Part shown: positions 50,913-64,000 of the stretch, in pieces | How the letters are laid out: each line of letters begins with the position of its first letter | How positions within the stretch are numbered: the stretch's first letter is position 1 | Translations under genes and position numbers: made by a program | Assembly (NCBI GenBank): GCA_043228905.1 | Contig: JBHGNT010000013.1 | Location: 4,402,001-4,466,000 of the forward strand | DNA: 64,000 nucleotides | Direction: 5' to 3' | DNA from: Azolla caroliniana | Lineage: Eukaryota > Plantae > Polypodiophyta | Notes under the pieces: generated by a model | What the model was told of the DNA's origin: nothing | Database searches by the model: none | Seen by the model: only the letters and a program-made list of their open reading frames with translations

Positions 50913-53829
50913 TTATGAGCTCCAATATTGGTTGGATAGCCAAAGAGAGTCGGCTACAACGGCTTCACCATCTTGGTTGCGATGCCAATAATAATACGCG
51001 TGTGTCTTGTTCTTTATTTCAAGCATGGCATGGCCAAAGCTAGCTTCTCGGAACGCGGAATATGTGGGTTGAGGCTCGGTAAATCTATAAACACAAGACC
51101 ATTATATCACAAAAAGTTGCATAGACAAGTGTTTGGCAAGATTGGTCTTCATAATTCAAGGGAAAACGGAACATTACTCTGCGGCAAGACCTTCTGCATT
51201 TCCACCATCCCCGACGACTATGTAAATGGGCGCGGATGCGTTCGGTTGCGGGGTGCATTCCCCATTCACAATGTTGTAGTTTATGTTGGAAATTCGATAC
51301 TAATACACCGATACATTTGTAGTGTTAAGTGATGATAGAATAAAAACCTATAATTTTCTCCTTGCAATCAAATCTCAAATCATGTTAAGTGGTGAGAAAT
51401 ATTTGCGAATCGATATTGATGAATGTAAAGAAAGGCAATGAAATGATGGGTTGATGATTACTCACCGTCCTTTCGTATGCGTGGACATGGCCGGAAAACA
51501 CAATGTCCACCTTGGCATTCACAAACCATAATTCGAATTGAACACGCATCGTTTCGCCCTCCATATAATGATGTTCATTGCTATTATACCATGGGGAATG
51601 GAACAAAACAATGAGCCATGGAGTCTTTGTTCTATCCACTAAAGCTAGCTCCTCTTGGAGCCAGACATATTGTGGGGTGTATTTCCCTACACAAACATTT
51701 ACATTGTGTGTCTATGAGTCGGGTCGGTCTATTCGAAAAGAGAAAGAGAGAACAATTAGAGTTGTATTAACTTACCATATGAGGAGTAGGATGAAAGAAC
51801 AATGATATGAGCAGATGCTCTCTTGATGGAGTACCACAATGGAGATGTACTGTTTGAGGCTTCATGTGGCACCCAATAGCGGCTCAAATACGGCTTAAAC
51901 GGCTCCGTCTCTCCCTACACAATCGAAAACAACAAGAAAGTGATGAAGGCCAGGATCTCATTGCAGAAGAAATAATGGAAAAATAGCTAATAATCTTTCT
52001 CTCCCTACCCCAATTTATATGTATAAATAAGATTCACATATGCAAATTAATCACTTCATATTGTTAACATATTTGTGTATACATAAATATGGTATGCAAA
52101 GTAGCACAAGTACATGCATGTACATACACAAATTCAAATGCAAATGTAACCACTTTTTAGATTAGAGTGCATACACATCCTACAGCAAATTAACCACTTC
52201 TCAAATCCCAACATGCATATATATATACATACATGCATGCATGCATACATATGCAGATGATCCTAGCATGCTTGCATACATAGTTTTGAAAAACTAAAAT
52301 AGTGTCGATGGAAAAGAAGAAGTTACCACTTTAGGAAGAAAATCAAGCTCATGGTTCCCAGCTGTCCAAATCCAAGGTTGATACGCCGTGCTCCGTTCGA
52401 CAAACCGGCCCCAAGTGTCCCATCGGTTGTTGTCATGGAATGGATAGTTGTCTGCATAGGAAAGGTCACCTACATATAGAATCGTGTCGCCATTTGCTTG
52501 TATGTAATGCTCAAGTGTTTTGTTGGAATCAAATGTTTGGCCAAGGTCACCTATTTAAACAATGACATGATTGAATTGTCACAAATGTACATCCCATCAC
52601 TCTAACACCTAAACATTAAGTTGTGGTTTAGGATTAGGAGAACCCATATGTTCAAGAAAGGAAACATTTAAAAAAGAAGAGAAAGGAAGGAAAATGAATG
52701 GAAATTTTAACCAAAATTAAGATGCATGATGAAGCATTACTCCATACCAATGATTCCAAAAGTGTATGGAGTATCTGGGCCAAGAGGTGGAGGTGTATGG
52801 AACCAAAACTCCCGAGCTGAGGCTCCCTCGCCAAGTTTGTAATAATATTTGGTATTAGGCTACAATAACATCATATGTACATATTAATTATAAAGCAATG
52901 AAGGAATCAAATAATCACATGATATGTTATGTATCTTTACGCACCTTGAGGTTGTCAATTGTACAATGATGAATAAATCCGGATGTATAGTTGTAATATG
53001 TGTATGTTATGACTTTGCTTTTTTTAGTGTGACTATAATTTCCTGATGCAAGACCATATTGTACAAGCTTAGATCCTGGATTTGATGGTGTGATCCATGA
53101 TATGATGATTGCCTCTCCAATGAGATCCCCTTGTGTGATATGAACCTAAATTAATTATATAATTTTAGAAGCACATGACATTAAGCCTTCACCATCTTAA
53201 TTTTTTTGGGGTTTTTCTTTATTACCGCACCCTTTAGTTTTCATTATTTTCCTGACACCCTTGGTCAAGACTCCCCTAGGAGAGAAACTATGAATGAATT
53301 GACCATATAATTGTTCTTTTGAGAGTGTTGTCCAAGGGCATAATATGGAAACTTTAGTGGTTAATTGGTTTGATTTCTAGCAAAAATATTTGGAATGTTT
53401 GAGAAAATTAAACGAAAATCTAGAGAAGTATTTGTTGGGATTTGTTGGGCCTTGATTTTATTCATATACAAACAAACTTCTTTGGTATGAAAAAACATCA
53501 AATTGCCCACAAACTTGTCGGTTTTTCTCATAAAGGATGCTCTTCGATCTTCCAACACTTTCACAACTACTACATAAAAGATTCAACATAAAGTAACTTG
53601 CCTGTTGGGGAGCATTGTAGCCCGGGGGTACTTTGAATACGTCGCTATCCAAAGGCATGTCGACAGTGGCTTCTAATTTGCGTCGGAATGGGCTTGTCAC
53701 TCCATTACCAACACTAATAGAACTCTCTATGCAAGACATGGAAATGAGCAATACATGAAGCATGAGTGATATGGTGGTGGTGAGATTCCAACTATTAATA
53801 AGGGCCATCGAGGTTGCCAAGTTCCTCAT
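50913..53829 (-). CDS. PAP: Purple acid phosphatase, tandem paralog, about 472 aa, 8 exons
   Basis: Exons 53602-53829, 52945-53145, 52748-52859, 52327-52550, 51776-51914, 51466-51686, 51178-51299 and 50913-51084. Motifs GDLG, GDLSY, GNHE, VLFH and GHVH. Exon 2-8 lengths identical to the paralog. Start codon choice uncertain. Confidence 0.94.
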
Positions 53830-55109
53830 GAAATGGAAGCAAAGAGATTAGGGTACTAAGAAGGGAAGAGACCCAAGTGAGTGAGAGTGAGTTTAGATAA
53901 TGGTGCAAGAGCCCAATTCATAGAGAGAGAGAGAGTCTCAATTTTAAAGGAAAGGAGCATGATGGTACGTTCGAAAAGCAAAGCAAAATGCATTCCTCAT
54001 CTTTTTCAAAGTGTTTTGTTGGTCCAATCAAAGCGTGCTTAAAAAAAACAAATAAATAAAGCATTTATTTGTTGGTTTTTTTACCTCTACTTTTTGTTCC
54101 CCTTGTGGATTTTACTTTAGTGGTAGGCCATGTATTTCATGTACCCATGCACCTAGGTTCAAATCTCATTAATTGCACTCCAAATGTAGGATTTGAATAC
54201 ATGATCTCTCTCTCTCTCTCTTTGCGGAATGGGGAAATCGTACACGTTGATACATGGTAGAGTTCATCCCGTTGTCTGCCATTCGAACCATGGTTTCCAT
54301 GTGACTTAGCTTACATGCATTGCGATGTGAGACGGTGTTGGGGCACAATTGATTAGAGTGGTCGACTATGCACACTTTGCTCTAAACAAATTTGAGAGTA
54401 TGAGTATTACACTTTGATACAATGCTCTACCGTTGATCATATTTGACCATTCTTTCTACATATATACAATCTAGCCCAATCCTTGCACGAATTTCTCTCA
54501 CAACTACAATGTGCACTTTGGATTGCAACATTCATAGGTAAAGTTCTTGAACATCGAGAGTCATTACTCACTTTCACATGTATAATGTGAAATATAATAT
54601 TTTTGGTCTCATAGGTCATATTTGACCTCCGAAAACGATATTAGAATCTATCTATCTACCTATCTCCATATATAATGTATATTGGCAATACCCTTTTAAT
54701 GAACATATTGTATGGAGGGGGGGAATGAGAATTGATTTTGTAGTAATACTGAAAACAAGCAGTTTGACAAGTTTAATCTTGAGATACAAAAAGGGAGGAT
54801 TTGTTGAAAAATAAAACTCAATTGTTTAGTATAAGCTTTACAATAAATCTCAAACATCAATGGCGGTGCCCCTCAAATCCATTACTACAAAGTTGTGGGG
54901 TCTCACAAGGAAAATATTGTGTTTCTCTACCCTAAGGTGAACGCATTCTTTGAAATGTGAGACTGGGATCGATTGTACAAAAACACTTTTTGATAACCTT
55001 TCGATGACTTATTTTAGGTGCTTTCACACTCTTCAAATGTGCCAATCTCTCTCTCTCTCTCTCTCTCTCTATTTTTTACTTTCAAGGAATGGGTATATAT
55101 CCCATTTTT

Positions 55110-55190
55110 TGTTGTAAACCATTTGTCTCATGGGCCAATTTTGGCCTTAGAAGACATTAATATATCTTTCTTTCTTTCTTTCTTTCTCAT
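55110..55190 (+). repeat. 3' end of the (TTTC)n-tailed element, second copy
   Basis: Near-identical to 9190-9270. Confidence 0.6.
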
Positions 55191-56532
55191 CCTTTTCAAA
55201 GAAGATCACTAAGCGTACAACATGATTGTATTTTTCATTACATAACATTAATGATGTTTTTGAAACGTGAGGCTTTTTGTTGAACAAACACACTTTTGTT
55301 GGATTCTCAACAAGTAGTCAAGTCAAAAGGTGTTGCTTCATCCACCATGAAAGCGTGACACTTGCAAGGTGCATCTTAGATTCAAATGGCTATCACATAT
55401 ATGTGGTTCATTTGGAATTGTGAGTCTTATGGCTTACAAAAGCACACTTTTTACTCCCTTCAACCAATGTACTGCTTAATCCTAGCAATCTCATCCAAAT
55501 TATTTAGCTATATGAAAATCATATCATGATATATTATTAGTAGATTGACCATTAAATTAATAACACCATAAATTGGCAACCTAAGTACCTAAATTATGTA
55601 ACTCATAATTGGAATTCCAAAATTAATGGGTTTCATTGATATTTGATTGAGATTGGGATAATTAGAACAATAAATTCTATGTTTCCTTTTCCCAAGAAAT
55701 TATAGATGTAAAAAACATGAAAAGTGATAGACAGAAAACCAAAACAAAAGGAGAGAGGGTGTCAAGAATATATTGTATGTGCAATAGAATATTCACATGA
55801 AAAGGTGTTCATATGTTTACTTTGAAATGGATTTTACCTTTCCATGAAGTATTCATCTTTTATTTTCAAATCATATCTGCATTATTCTTCGTAAAGAATT
55901 GGTTTTACACTTTCACTTTCACTTTTCATAGCCCAAGAATAGCATTGACTAGTTAAAAAAGGGTATGCTAATAAGTTTTGCCAAATGCATGATGTTGACA
56001 CAACATGGTCATTCAGGTACATAATAGATAGAGCAACATTGAAGGTAATTGTCCATTGTGGATTAGCATGTCATGGATTTTTTTGAATAAAACTAGTGAA
56101 TGACATCTTCATAGTCCGTGTAGACCTGAGTTCACAACTCTAATGCAAAACCATACATGAACTTGGTTTTCATATGGCTCTCTATTAGATTGATCTTTCT
56201 TTTTGTGCGGATTAAAGAAGAAAGAATTGGGAGAATAGAAAATACTATTAGTATGCAAATTTTGAATTATCTATGTTTCATGGTTAATGTAGTTTCTTGT
56301 GCAATTACAAAACATACACCTCTTCATATGAGGGGTTATATTTATTTTTCCTAAAAGTAGAATATTTAGATATGATGATACTAATAATGTTGATCTAATT
56401 AAAAACAAAAATGTTTGGCCGAGGGTTTGGGTTCGTGCCGGCCTATGAAGGAGGTGGCACGAGCACAACTGTTGTTTGTAATGTAGTTGTTTCCTCAGCC
56501 ATTCTGTTTATAGGAAGAGCATACAAGGATGT

Positions 56533-57490
56533 TGTCGTGGTGTGGCATGTGAAGATGGGAAACGTGGCTGAAAATGGGATAAGAGATGAGGGTGAAAGCA
56601 TGAATGAAAAAGTATGAGAGAGAAAAGGTTCCATGTAGAAAAAGGGGCAAAGAAAAAGGGAAGAGAAAAATATGAAATGAACATAAACTTATTAAAAAAT
56701 TAATAAAATTGGATGGCCTAGTGGATAGAGTCATTTAATTTTTGCAAGAGGTAGCGTTTGACTCCTTTTAGAATGGATGCCCTTAATACTATTCTTTATT
56801 CACTTTAAATATTGAGAAATGGACATTTGCATTTAATGCAAATGTGGCGGCCCCGCGGCCCCGCTTCCCCCTTCCTCCCCATAAAAGGAAGTAGGGAGGA
56901 CTCATTTTCTTCTTCTTCGCCTTCTAGTATTCCTTGAGCTTTTAGTCTTGAGTACATTTGGGTTTTCTTGTGAGGGTTTCTTCCTTCATTCTTCCTTTCC
57001 TCCCCCCATCTTTCAATGTTCGTGTTCAGTGTTTGTTGTTCGGTGTTCGTGTTCAGTGTGGTCCTCATTGGTGGTTCGTGTGTTTGGTCGTTCGATGTTC
57101 GGATACAATCTTCATAGAGGAGAGCATACACTATTTTTGCTCCATCTGCCTCCTTACTCTTGTTGAGCTTGTGGTTAACTAAAAGTTAACACTTTTGTAA
57201 CCCCCCCCTTTTCTTCCCTTGTAATCGAAAGCCCTATTTTGTAAAGGGCACTCTTGTGTTGTAATCGAGTGTTTGTTTTGTCAGTCAACCTTATTCCCAA
57301 TTTTTGTGTGTTAACCTTCTTCTCGTGCGTTCGCTTGTCCTTGTGACTTGGGATTGATTCGGGCACGCCCATGCCCTTTCACAAAGGCATCTGGACATTC
57401 ATGCCTTGTGTGTTAACCTTGTTCTTGTGCGTTACCTTGTCCTTGTGACTTGGGATTGATTCGGGCATGCCCATGCATCCCTTTGCTCCA
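56533..57490 (+). mobile_element. Gypsy LTR fragment related to the LTR at 13069
   Basis: TGTCGTGG start; CCCATAAAAGG; shared GTTGAGCTTGTGGTTAACT and TTCGGGCATGCCCATGC motifs. Confidence 0.6.
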
Positions 57491-57699
57491 TCTGTTATGA
57501 ACATATACAAAAAGTCCAAGACTCATAATAAAGATTCGAACCCATGACTTCCTCAAAGAGGATGTGCAACTTCAACCACTAGGATACATTATATTAGACG
57601 AATTCTTTAAAATTCTTAGATTAGATCAATAATAACAACATATAATATTATCAAATGTCACCACCACAAGACTTCCTTCTCACTTTTCATGACGATCCT

Positions 57700-58079
57700 A
57701 AATCTCTTACTGAGGTGATTAGTCGAGGTGTACGATGTGACCATCGATTATTCGAGTGATACTTTGAGCTTCAACAATGGTCTCGACCTCGATCAGAGCA
57801 GACATATGCATTGGTGACATTGTTACCTACATCTGGAACTATGCAGGTCCATATTTCTAACCCAATAAGTGGCCCTATTCCAATGGAAATTGATTCTACA
57901 TGTTGTTGAGGACTTGTAACAAAAACTGAAAAACAGAGACATTGGGCTAACCACCTATGTTTATATTGTGGTGGTCCAAGACATATAGCGATAAATTGTC
58001 CTCATTGACCTAGGCATCAAGTTAACTGTTGAGTGGACAAACTCCACATGATCCAGATCGGCATTCGGAACCAAGCGTT
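57700..58079 (+). pseudogene. Chromovirus-type gag C-terminal remnant
   Basis: GPIPMEID…LCLYCGGPRHIAINCP zinc knuckle. Confidence 0.6.
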
Positions 58080-60364
58080 TGTTGAAAAATCGTTCGGTCA
58101 AATCACAATAAACAAACTGTGTTGAAATACGAATCACAGATATGCTAGAAAACATGACAACAATGGTTCATAGAGATTTAATGTGGAAACCCTAAAACGG
58201 GAGAAAACGACAGGAACAGAGCTTCACTATGTATAGTGGATATACAACACAGAATGTTACAACACTCCTTCGAGTGTATCAGCCACGCAGGGCTCTTGGC
58301 GTCTACTGTTACGCACACAGTTATGGCGCCGCTCTCACTCACTGTCTCACACGCTCTCACGCTACTTCTGTTCTATACACACATATGCAACATTTTGCCC
58401 TAAGTATATTTATACTTATACACTGTATAGGCTATTTATAATTGTAGCCACTGCTACATATCATTACTATTATTGCTATAATAATAATAATCGAACTATT
58501 AAGCAGTTGACTCTTTATTTTCGACTCTTCGACTGTTGGCTATTTCCGAAACAGTCGGCTCCTCCTCCCACTAGAGGGACATATTCCCAACAAACTCCCC
58601 CTTCACTCCTGTGGGAGGGAGTTTGTCAATCCTGTCTTCTATCGACAGACTCTAAGTCTGTCCATAGGTAGGTTCTTCGTGAGCATGTCAGATCCACTAT
58701 CATCAATATGGAACTTCATAAGAGAAAACTCTTCTTCTTCAACTCTCTCCCGCAACCAATGATGCCTTCTCTGTATGTGCTTGGTCTGGGAGTGGTATGC
58801 AACATTCTTGGCAAGGTGTATGGTGCTTTGGCTATCACAGTGAAGCAAGAACTCCTTTTGCTTCATCCCTAATTCGTTGGGAAAGTTTCTCATCCAAATT
58901 AGCTCTTTGCCGGCCTCTATTGCTGCCATATACTCTGCCTCTATAGTCGACAAGGCTACAAACTTCTGCAGTCGTGACTGCCATGACACTGCTCCCCCTG
59001 GATAGGTCATCACGTACCCTGACGTGGATTGGCTCGAGTCGACATCTCCCGACATGTCCGAATCGGTAAAACCTTCTAGCACAGGTTTTTTGACACCATA
59101 CCTTAGGCACACCCCCAGGGTTCCCTTTAAGTACCTGAGTATCCACTTCACTACTGCCCAATATTCTCTCCCTGGATTACTCATATATCGGCTTACTGCT
59201 CCTACATCAAATGCTATGTCTGGTCTCGTACAGACCATAACATACATTAGACTGCCTACGGCCGAGGCGTACGGTGCCTTCCTCATCTCGGCCTTCGCCT
59301 TCTCCCCTCTCGGGCACTACTTCGCATTTAACCTGCAATTTGTTGGCAACTTTGAGCCGACTGTCTTTGCGTCCGACATGTTGAACCTTTCTAAGATCTT
59401 TGTCACATACTTTTGTTGTGACAACCATAGCACCCTTTTGGTTCTGTCCCGAACTATGTGCATGCCCAAGATTTGCTTAGCCGGTTCAAGGTTTTTCATG
59501 GCAAACGATTTGTCGAGTGCTTTCTTCAAGCTTTCAATCTTCCTTGTATCTTGACCGAGTATCAACATGTCATCAACATATAACAAGAGAATTAAGAAGT
59601 CTCCTTCTTCGTACCTTTTGACAAACACACAGTGATCGACCTGTGTTCTCTGGAACGGGTGTTCCATCATGAAGGACTCGAACTTCTTGTACCATTGGCG
59701 TGGAGCTTGTTTCAGACTGTACAAGCTTTTCTTCAGTCGACACACTAGGTTCTCTTTCCCTTTCTCCTCAAAGCCTTCAGGTTGCTGCATATAGATTTCT
59801 TCTTCTAGCTCCCCGTGCAGAAATGTGGTTTTGACATCCAATTGTTCAATCTCCAGATCCATACTGGCCACTATGCTCATAACAGTTCGAATGGATGTCA
59901 TCTTCATGATTGGTGCGAATATTTCGTCAAAGTCGACGCCCTTTTTCTGTTGAAAACCCTTCACCACTATGCAGGCTTTATACCTGGGGTCACTGTCGGC
60001 TTCTCCAGTCTTCACTTTGTAGACCCATTTATTCCCGAGTGCTCTCTTACCTTTCGGCAGCTCTACTAGGTCGTAGGTGTAATTCTCATGGAAGGATTCC
60101 AACTCATCTTGCATCGCACTCAACCATTTCTCTCTATGCTCGTCGGCAATGGCTTCTTCATAGCACTCTGGTTCACCTTCATCAGTCAAGAGGTTGTATT
60201 GGCTAGCATATGTAGTCGGTGCTTTGCTCTCCCTGAGTGGGTATCTTTTTCCACTCGTTGTTGGCTCTCTTTTGGATGTCTCAGCCAACTCTTCTCTATG
60301 CTCGGGATTCTGCTCGTCAATGGGCCTCTCCTGGTTGGACAACTCCAACTCATATTCATCAGTT
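58080..60364 (-). mobile_element. Ty1/copia 3' portion: RT, RNase H, PPT and 3' LTR (58080-58592)
   Basis: ORFs 59317-60348 and 58639-59286 (LSTIEAEY, CDSQS, TKHI); PPT reverse complement AACTCCCCCTT at 58593; LTR with TG…CA ends. Confidence 0.92.
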
Positions 60365-60838
60365 GGGCTATCTCAGTTCCTCTCATGATTAGCTCGCACT
60401 GTCAAGAATTGAACCGACTTTTGACCGTCAAGACTCTTCACCCGAGCGAATGCTGCTCCACTATCAAACACCTTAGTCTCCATCCTTGATGATGTTATGT
60501 CGTGTGGAGAATAGATGTGGAATACTGCTCGGCCACAACCGAGTCTTATATCACTTCGATTAAGGATCAAACATAGAAATGGGAATAGAGATGAATACTT
60601 GTACACCAAAAGAAAGTACATAGGATGTTTACATGGAAAACCCTAATAGGGAAAAACCACAGGAGCCCACAGACTCCAAAATATCACTATATGAGAAAGG
60701 TACAATCAGAGACTCGGAGGCAACGACCTCAAGCTTTGTTTCTTCGCCAAGCGGCGGTTACAATAGAGTATCACTCTATATTTCCTCTCTCTCTCTATCT
60801 ATTACTCTCTATACAACAATTATACACATACAACAATA
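60365..60838 (-). mobile_element. Gypsy fragment (60365-60502) plus part of a solo LTR (60503-60838); duplicate of 1484-1955
   Basis: Colinear and near-identical to 1484-1955. Confidence 0.85.
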
Positions 60839-63800
60839 TGTTGGGAATATGTGCCTCTAGTGGGAGGAGGAACCGACTGTCCAGAAGTTGCTGACAGTCG
60901 ATGACTACAAGGAGCCGACTGATCTGACCAAGGAGTGCCGATAGTCGAAGACAGGGAAGATCCGACTATTCGGAAAGTCGACAGTTGAAGAGTCGAAAAC
61001 AGTGAGTCGAATGTTTGATAATTCAACTATTATTATTATAGCAATAATAATAATGATACGTAGTAGAGGCTACATTTGTAAATAGCCCATATAGTGTATA
61101 AGTATAAATACACTTAGGGCAAAACGTGAGAGTAAGTGTAGTAGAACAGAAGTAGCGTGAGAGCATGTGAGACAAAGAGAGTGAGTGAGAGCAGCGCCAT
61201 AGCTGTGTGCATAAACAGCTGACGCCAAGAGCCCTGCGTGGCTGACACACTCGAAGGACTGTTGTAACATTCTCTATTGTATATCCACTATATAGTGAAG
61301 TTCTGTTCCCCGTGGTTTTTCCCCCGTTTTAGGGTTTCCACGTAAATCTCTGTGCACTATTGTTTATCTTGTCTCTCTCTGGCATACTGGTGTGATTCGT
61401 ATTTCAACACAGTTCGTGTATTGTGATTTGACCGAACGATTTCTCAACAAACTGGTATTAGAGCTTGAGGTGCAAGCATGGAAGGAGGTGTGAGCGGTAT
61501 CCCAGGTATGATAGTTCTCAACTCACAGAACAATGCAGACTAGAAGATCAAGATGGAAGACCTTCTCATAGTTAAAGACCTGTACGAGCCAGTCGACAGA
61601 GCAGAAATACCCATGGGGGTATTGGAGTCAGACTGGAAGCTTCGGAATAGAAAGGCGGTGGCCACTATCCGACAATGCGTCGATGTAAGTGTCCTTCAGC
61701 ATGTGGCGAATGACACAAATGCTCACGAGATGTGACAGAAGCTGTCGGGTCTATATGAGAGGAAGAACGCGCTCAATAAAACCTCGCTGATGAGAAAAAT
61801 CGTGTGGCTGAAATACAGAGATGATGAGAGCATCGTCGAACACATCAACACATTCATGGGGTATGTAAATCAACTTGCTGCGACCAAGTTTCCCTTGGAT
61901 CATGGTTGTTTACGTACCCGTATTTAATGTTTAAATACGTATAGCACCTCATCATTTGTATAGTACATACTATACCTCAATGTTGTTAAGGCAAATATCA
62001 TGTACATTTGTCCAATACGGTATTTAAGGTATTTATAAAAAAACAAGTATAATACGTATTTATAAAGAAAATGTAAGTAAAACCCTAACAAAAAGCAAAA
62101 GAAAAAAAAGCTTTTAGTGAAAAAGAAGCCAAAGGAAGGAAGAAAGACGAATAGAAGAGACAACGATGAAGAAGATGAAGAAGAAGAAGAAGAAGAAAAC
62201 GAAGAAAAGAGAAACCTATGATGAGTGTGATAATCGCACACGATTCCTCAATCAATGAAGGCATAATTGTAAATAATTACAATTTGAAGTAGAACATTGT
62301 GATACACACTTACACTGATTTATAGAATAAGGGAATGTCGACATCCATATTACTACAAGTATTTTAGGATGTTTTTTACAATATTATAGATATTTTTTAG
62401 AAAGGTAAATAATTTTTCAAATTCTAGAAGTATTTAACGTACTATACGTAAAATACGTAAAATACGTATTTTATAAGTATTTAATGTATTAAGAAAACGT
62501 ATTTAACATATTTTTTAATTGGGAGGTACTATACGGGTATTAATACGTTAAATACGTATGGTATCCGTACCGTGCCTAACATACCTAACAACCTTGCCTT
62601 GGATGATGCAATGCAGGCCATCCTGCTGATGTGCACACTACCGGACAGCTGGGAGAACCTGGTGGTTACTCTCAGCACCTCCTGTCAAGAAGAGAACTTG
62701 TCTTTACAGACGGTGAAGACAAGCATCCTAAATGAGGAGGCAAGGAGGAAAGACAAAGGAGTCCTATCCCAATTAGAGACAAATCTAACTCAACATATGG
62801 ACAGAGGAAGAGACCGGCGAAGATGAATTCCGCAACGAACGGACAAATCGCATGCCAGATCGAAGTCCAGAGGTAAGCTTGTGTGCTTTTATTGTGGAAA
62901 GCCTGGACACTTCTAGAAGGACTGTCGACACTTAAAGAAAGATAAGAGTGTCGGAAATAATGTCGAACCGAGGAAGATTCCTGATGAGAAGAACACTTCG
63001 GCCATTGCTACGAGCAATGAAGAATTCCTGTTCATTTGTGAACAGAAGAGTGCAAATCTTGCAAGTGAAGATTGCACGTGGGTGATTAATTCTAGGGCAT
63101 CGTTCCACATAACTCCGTCGAGAGAGTATTTCTCGACTTACATAGCCGGGGATCATGGCTATGTAAAGATGGGTGACAGTGGAGAGTGCAGGGTAACCAG
63201 AGTTGGAAGTGTTTGCTTAACAACGTCGATTGACACTGAAGGATGTTTGACACGTCCTCGATATCAGATTGAATCTGATATCGACTGGAAGGTTAGGTGA
63301 CGAAGGCTATAGTGGTAGCTTTTGAAATGGCAAGTGGAAGTTCTGTCGAGGAAATCTTATAGTGGCCCGAGAACAGAAAGAAGGCACATTGTACATGATG
63401 CATGCCCGAATGGGGAAATCGGAAGTAAATGTGGCAGCTGACTCGGCAGGTGAGATATGGCATAAGAGGCTACACCACATGAGTGAGAAGGGAATGTACC
63501 TGTTAGCCGACCAGAAACTTCTACCAGACGTCAAGGGCGTGCATCTGGAGAAGTGCGTCAACCATAGTCGGAAGACATGGGCCTTCGTACTGAAGTCGAA
63601 GGATCAAGTATTGTTGGTTTTCAAGGAGTTCTAGGCAAGAATCGAAAGAGAGTCGGGTCGGAAGTTGAAGGTTTTCCGAACCGACAATGGTGGCGAGTAC
63701 AAAGGGCAGTTCGAGGAATACTGCAAGTGCCAAGGTATTCGGATCGAATACACAGTGCCAAATACCCCAGAGTTGAACGGGCTTGTAGAGAGGATGAATT

Positions 63801-64000
63801 GAACAATCATGGAGATGGTAAGGAGCATGGTCTCTCATGCGAAACTGCTGAAATCCTATTGGGCTGAGGCGATGTACATAGTTGTTTATCTAATCAATAG
63901 GTCTCCCTCAGTACCATTAAAGAATGATGTCCCACAGAGGGTGTGGACAGGGAAGGATGTCTCCTACTGGCATCTGAGGGTGTTCGGATGTCTGGCGTAC
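60839..64000 (+). mobile_element. Ty1/copia element, duplicate of 1956 onward; runs off the window
   Basis: LTR 60839-61449; PBS 61453-61464; degenerate gag-integrase sharing stop codons with the first copy. Confidence 0.92.
61901..62596. mobile_element. hAT-type MITE, duplicate of 3017-3723
   Basis: Same insertion site and the same 8-bp TSD CCTTGGAT. Confidence 0.85.

Noticed and set aside
50973-51805. Plus-strand ORFs overlapping the second PAP gene
   Set aside because: Antisense shadows of PAP exons with no independent motifs.

Overview
Repeat-dense nuclear DNA from a land plant. The TE families suggest a non-seed plant (fern, lycophyte or bryophyte), which is inference only. Most of the window is nested, decayed retroelements: Ty1/copia, several Ty3/gypsy lineages, solo LTRs, a full-length L1-like LINE and MITEs. 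Two intact tandem purple acid phosphatase genes lie at 46.6-53.8 kb. The standout is an 8.9-kb cut-and-paste DNA transposon at 22358-31280, with 36-bp TIRs and a 4-bp ATCG target-site duplication, inserted in a solo LTR. It carries a Sola/DUF7869-like transposase with one premature stop. Divergently, it carries an intact six-exon gene for a 974-aa protein fusing a ParB/Srx-like domain to a prokaryote-type beta-class amino (N6-adenine/N4-cytosine) DNA methyltransferase. The first intron of that gene holds four regularly spaced 25-bp palindromes. The nested TE block at about 133-5120 recurs at about 59000-64000, indicating a segmental duplication. Family assignments come from motifs read by eye; no searches were run.
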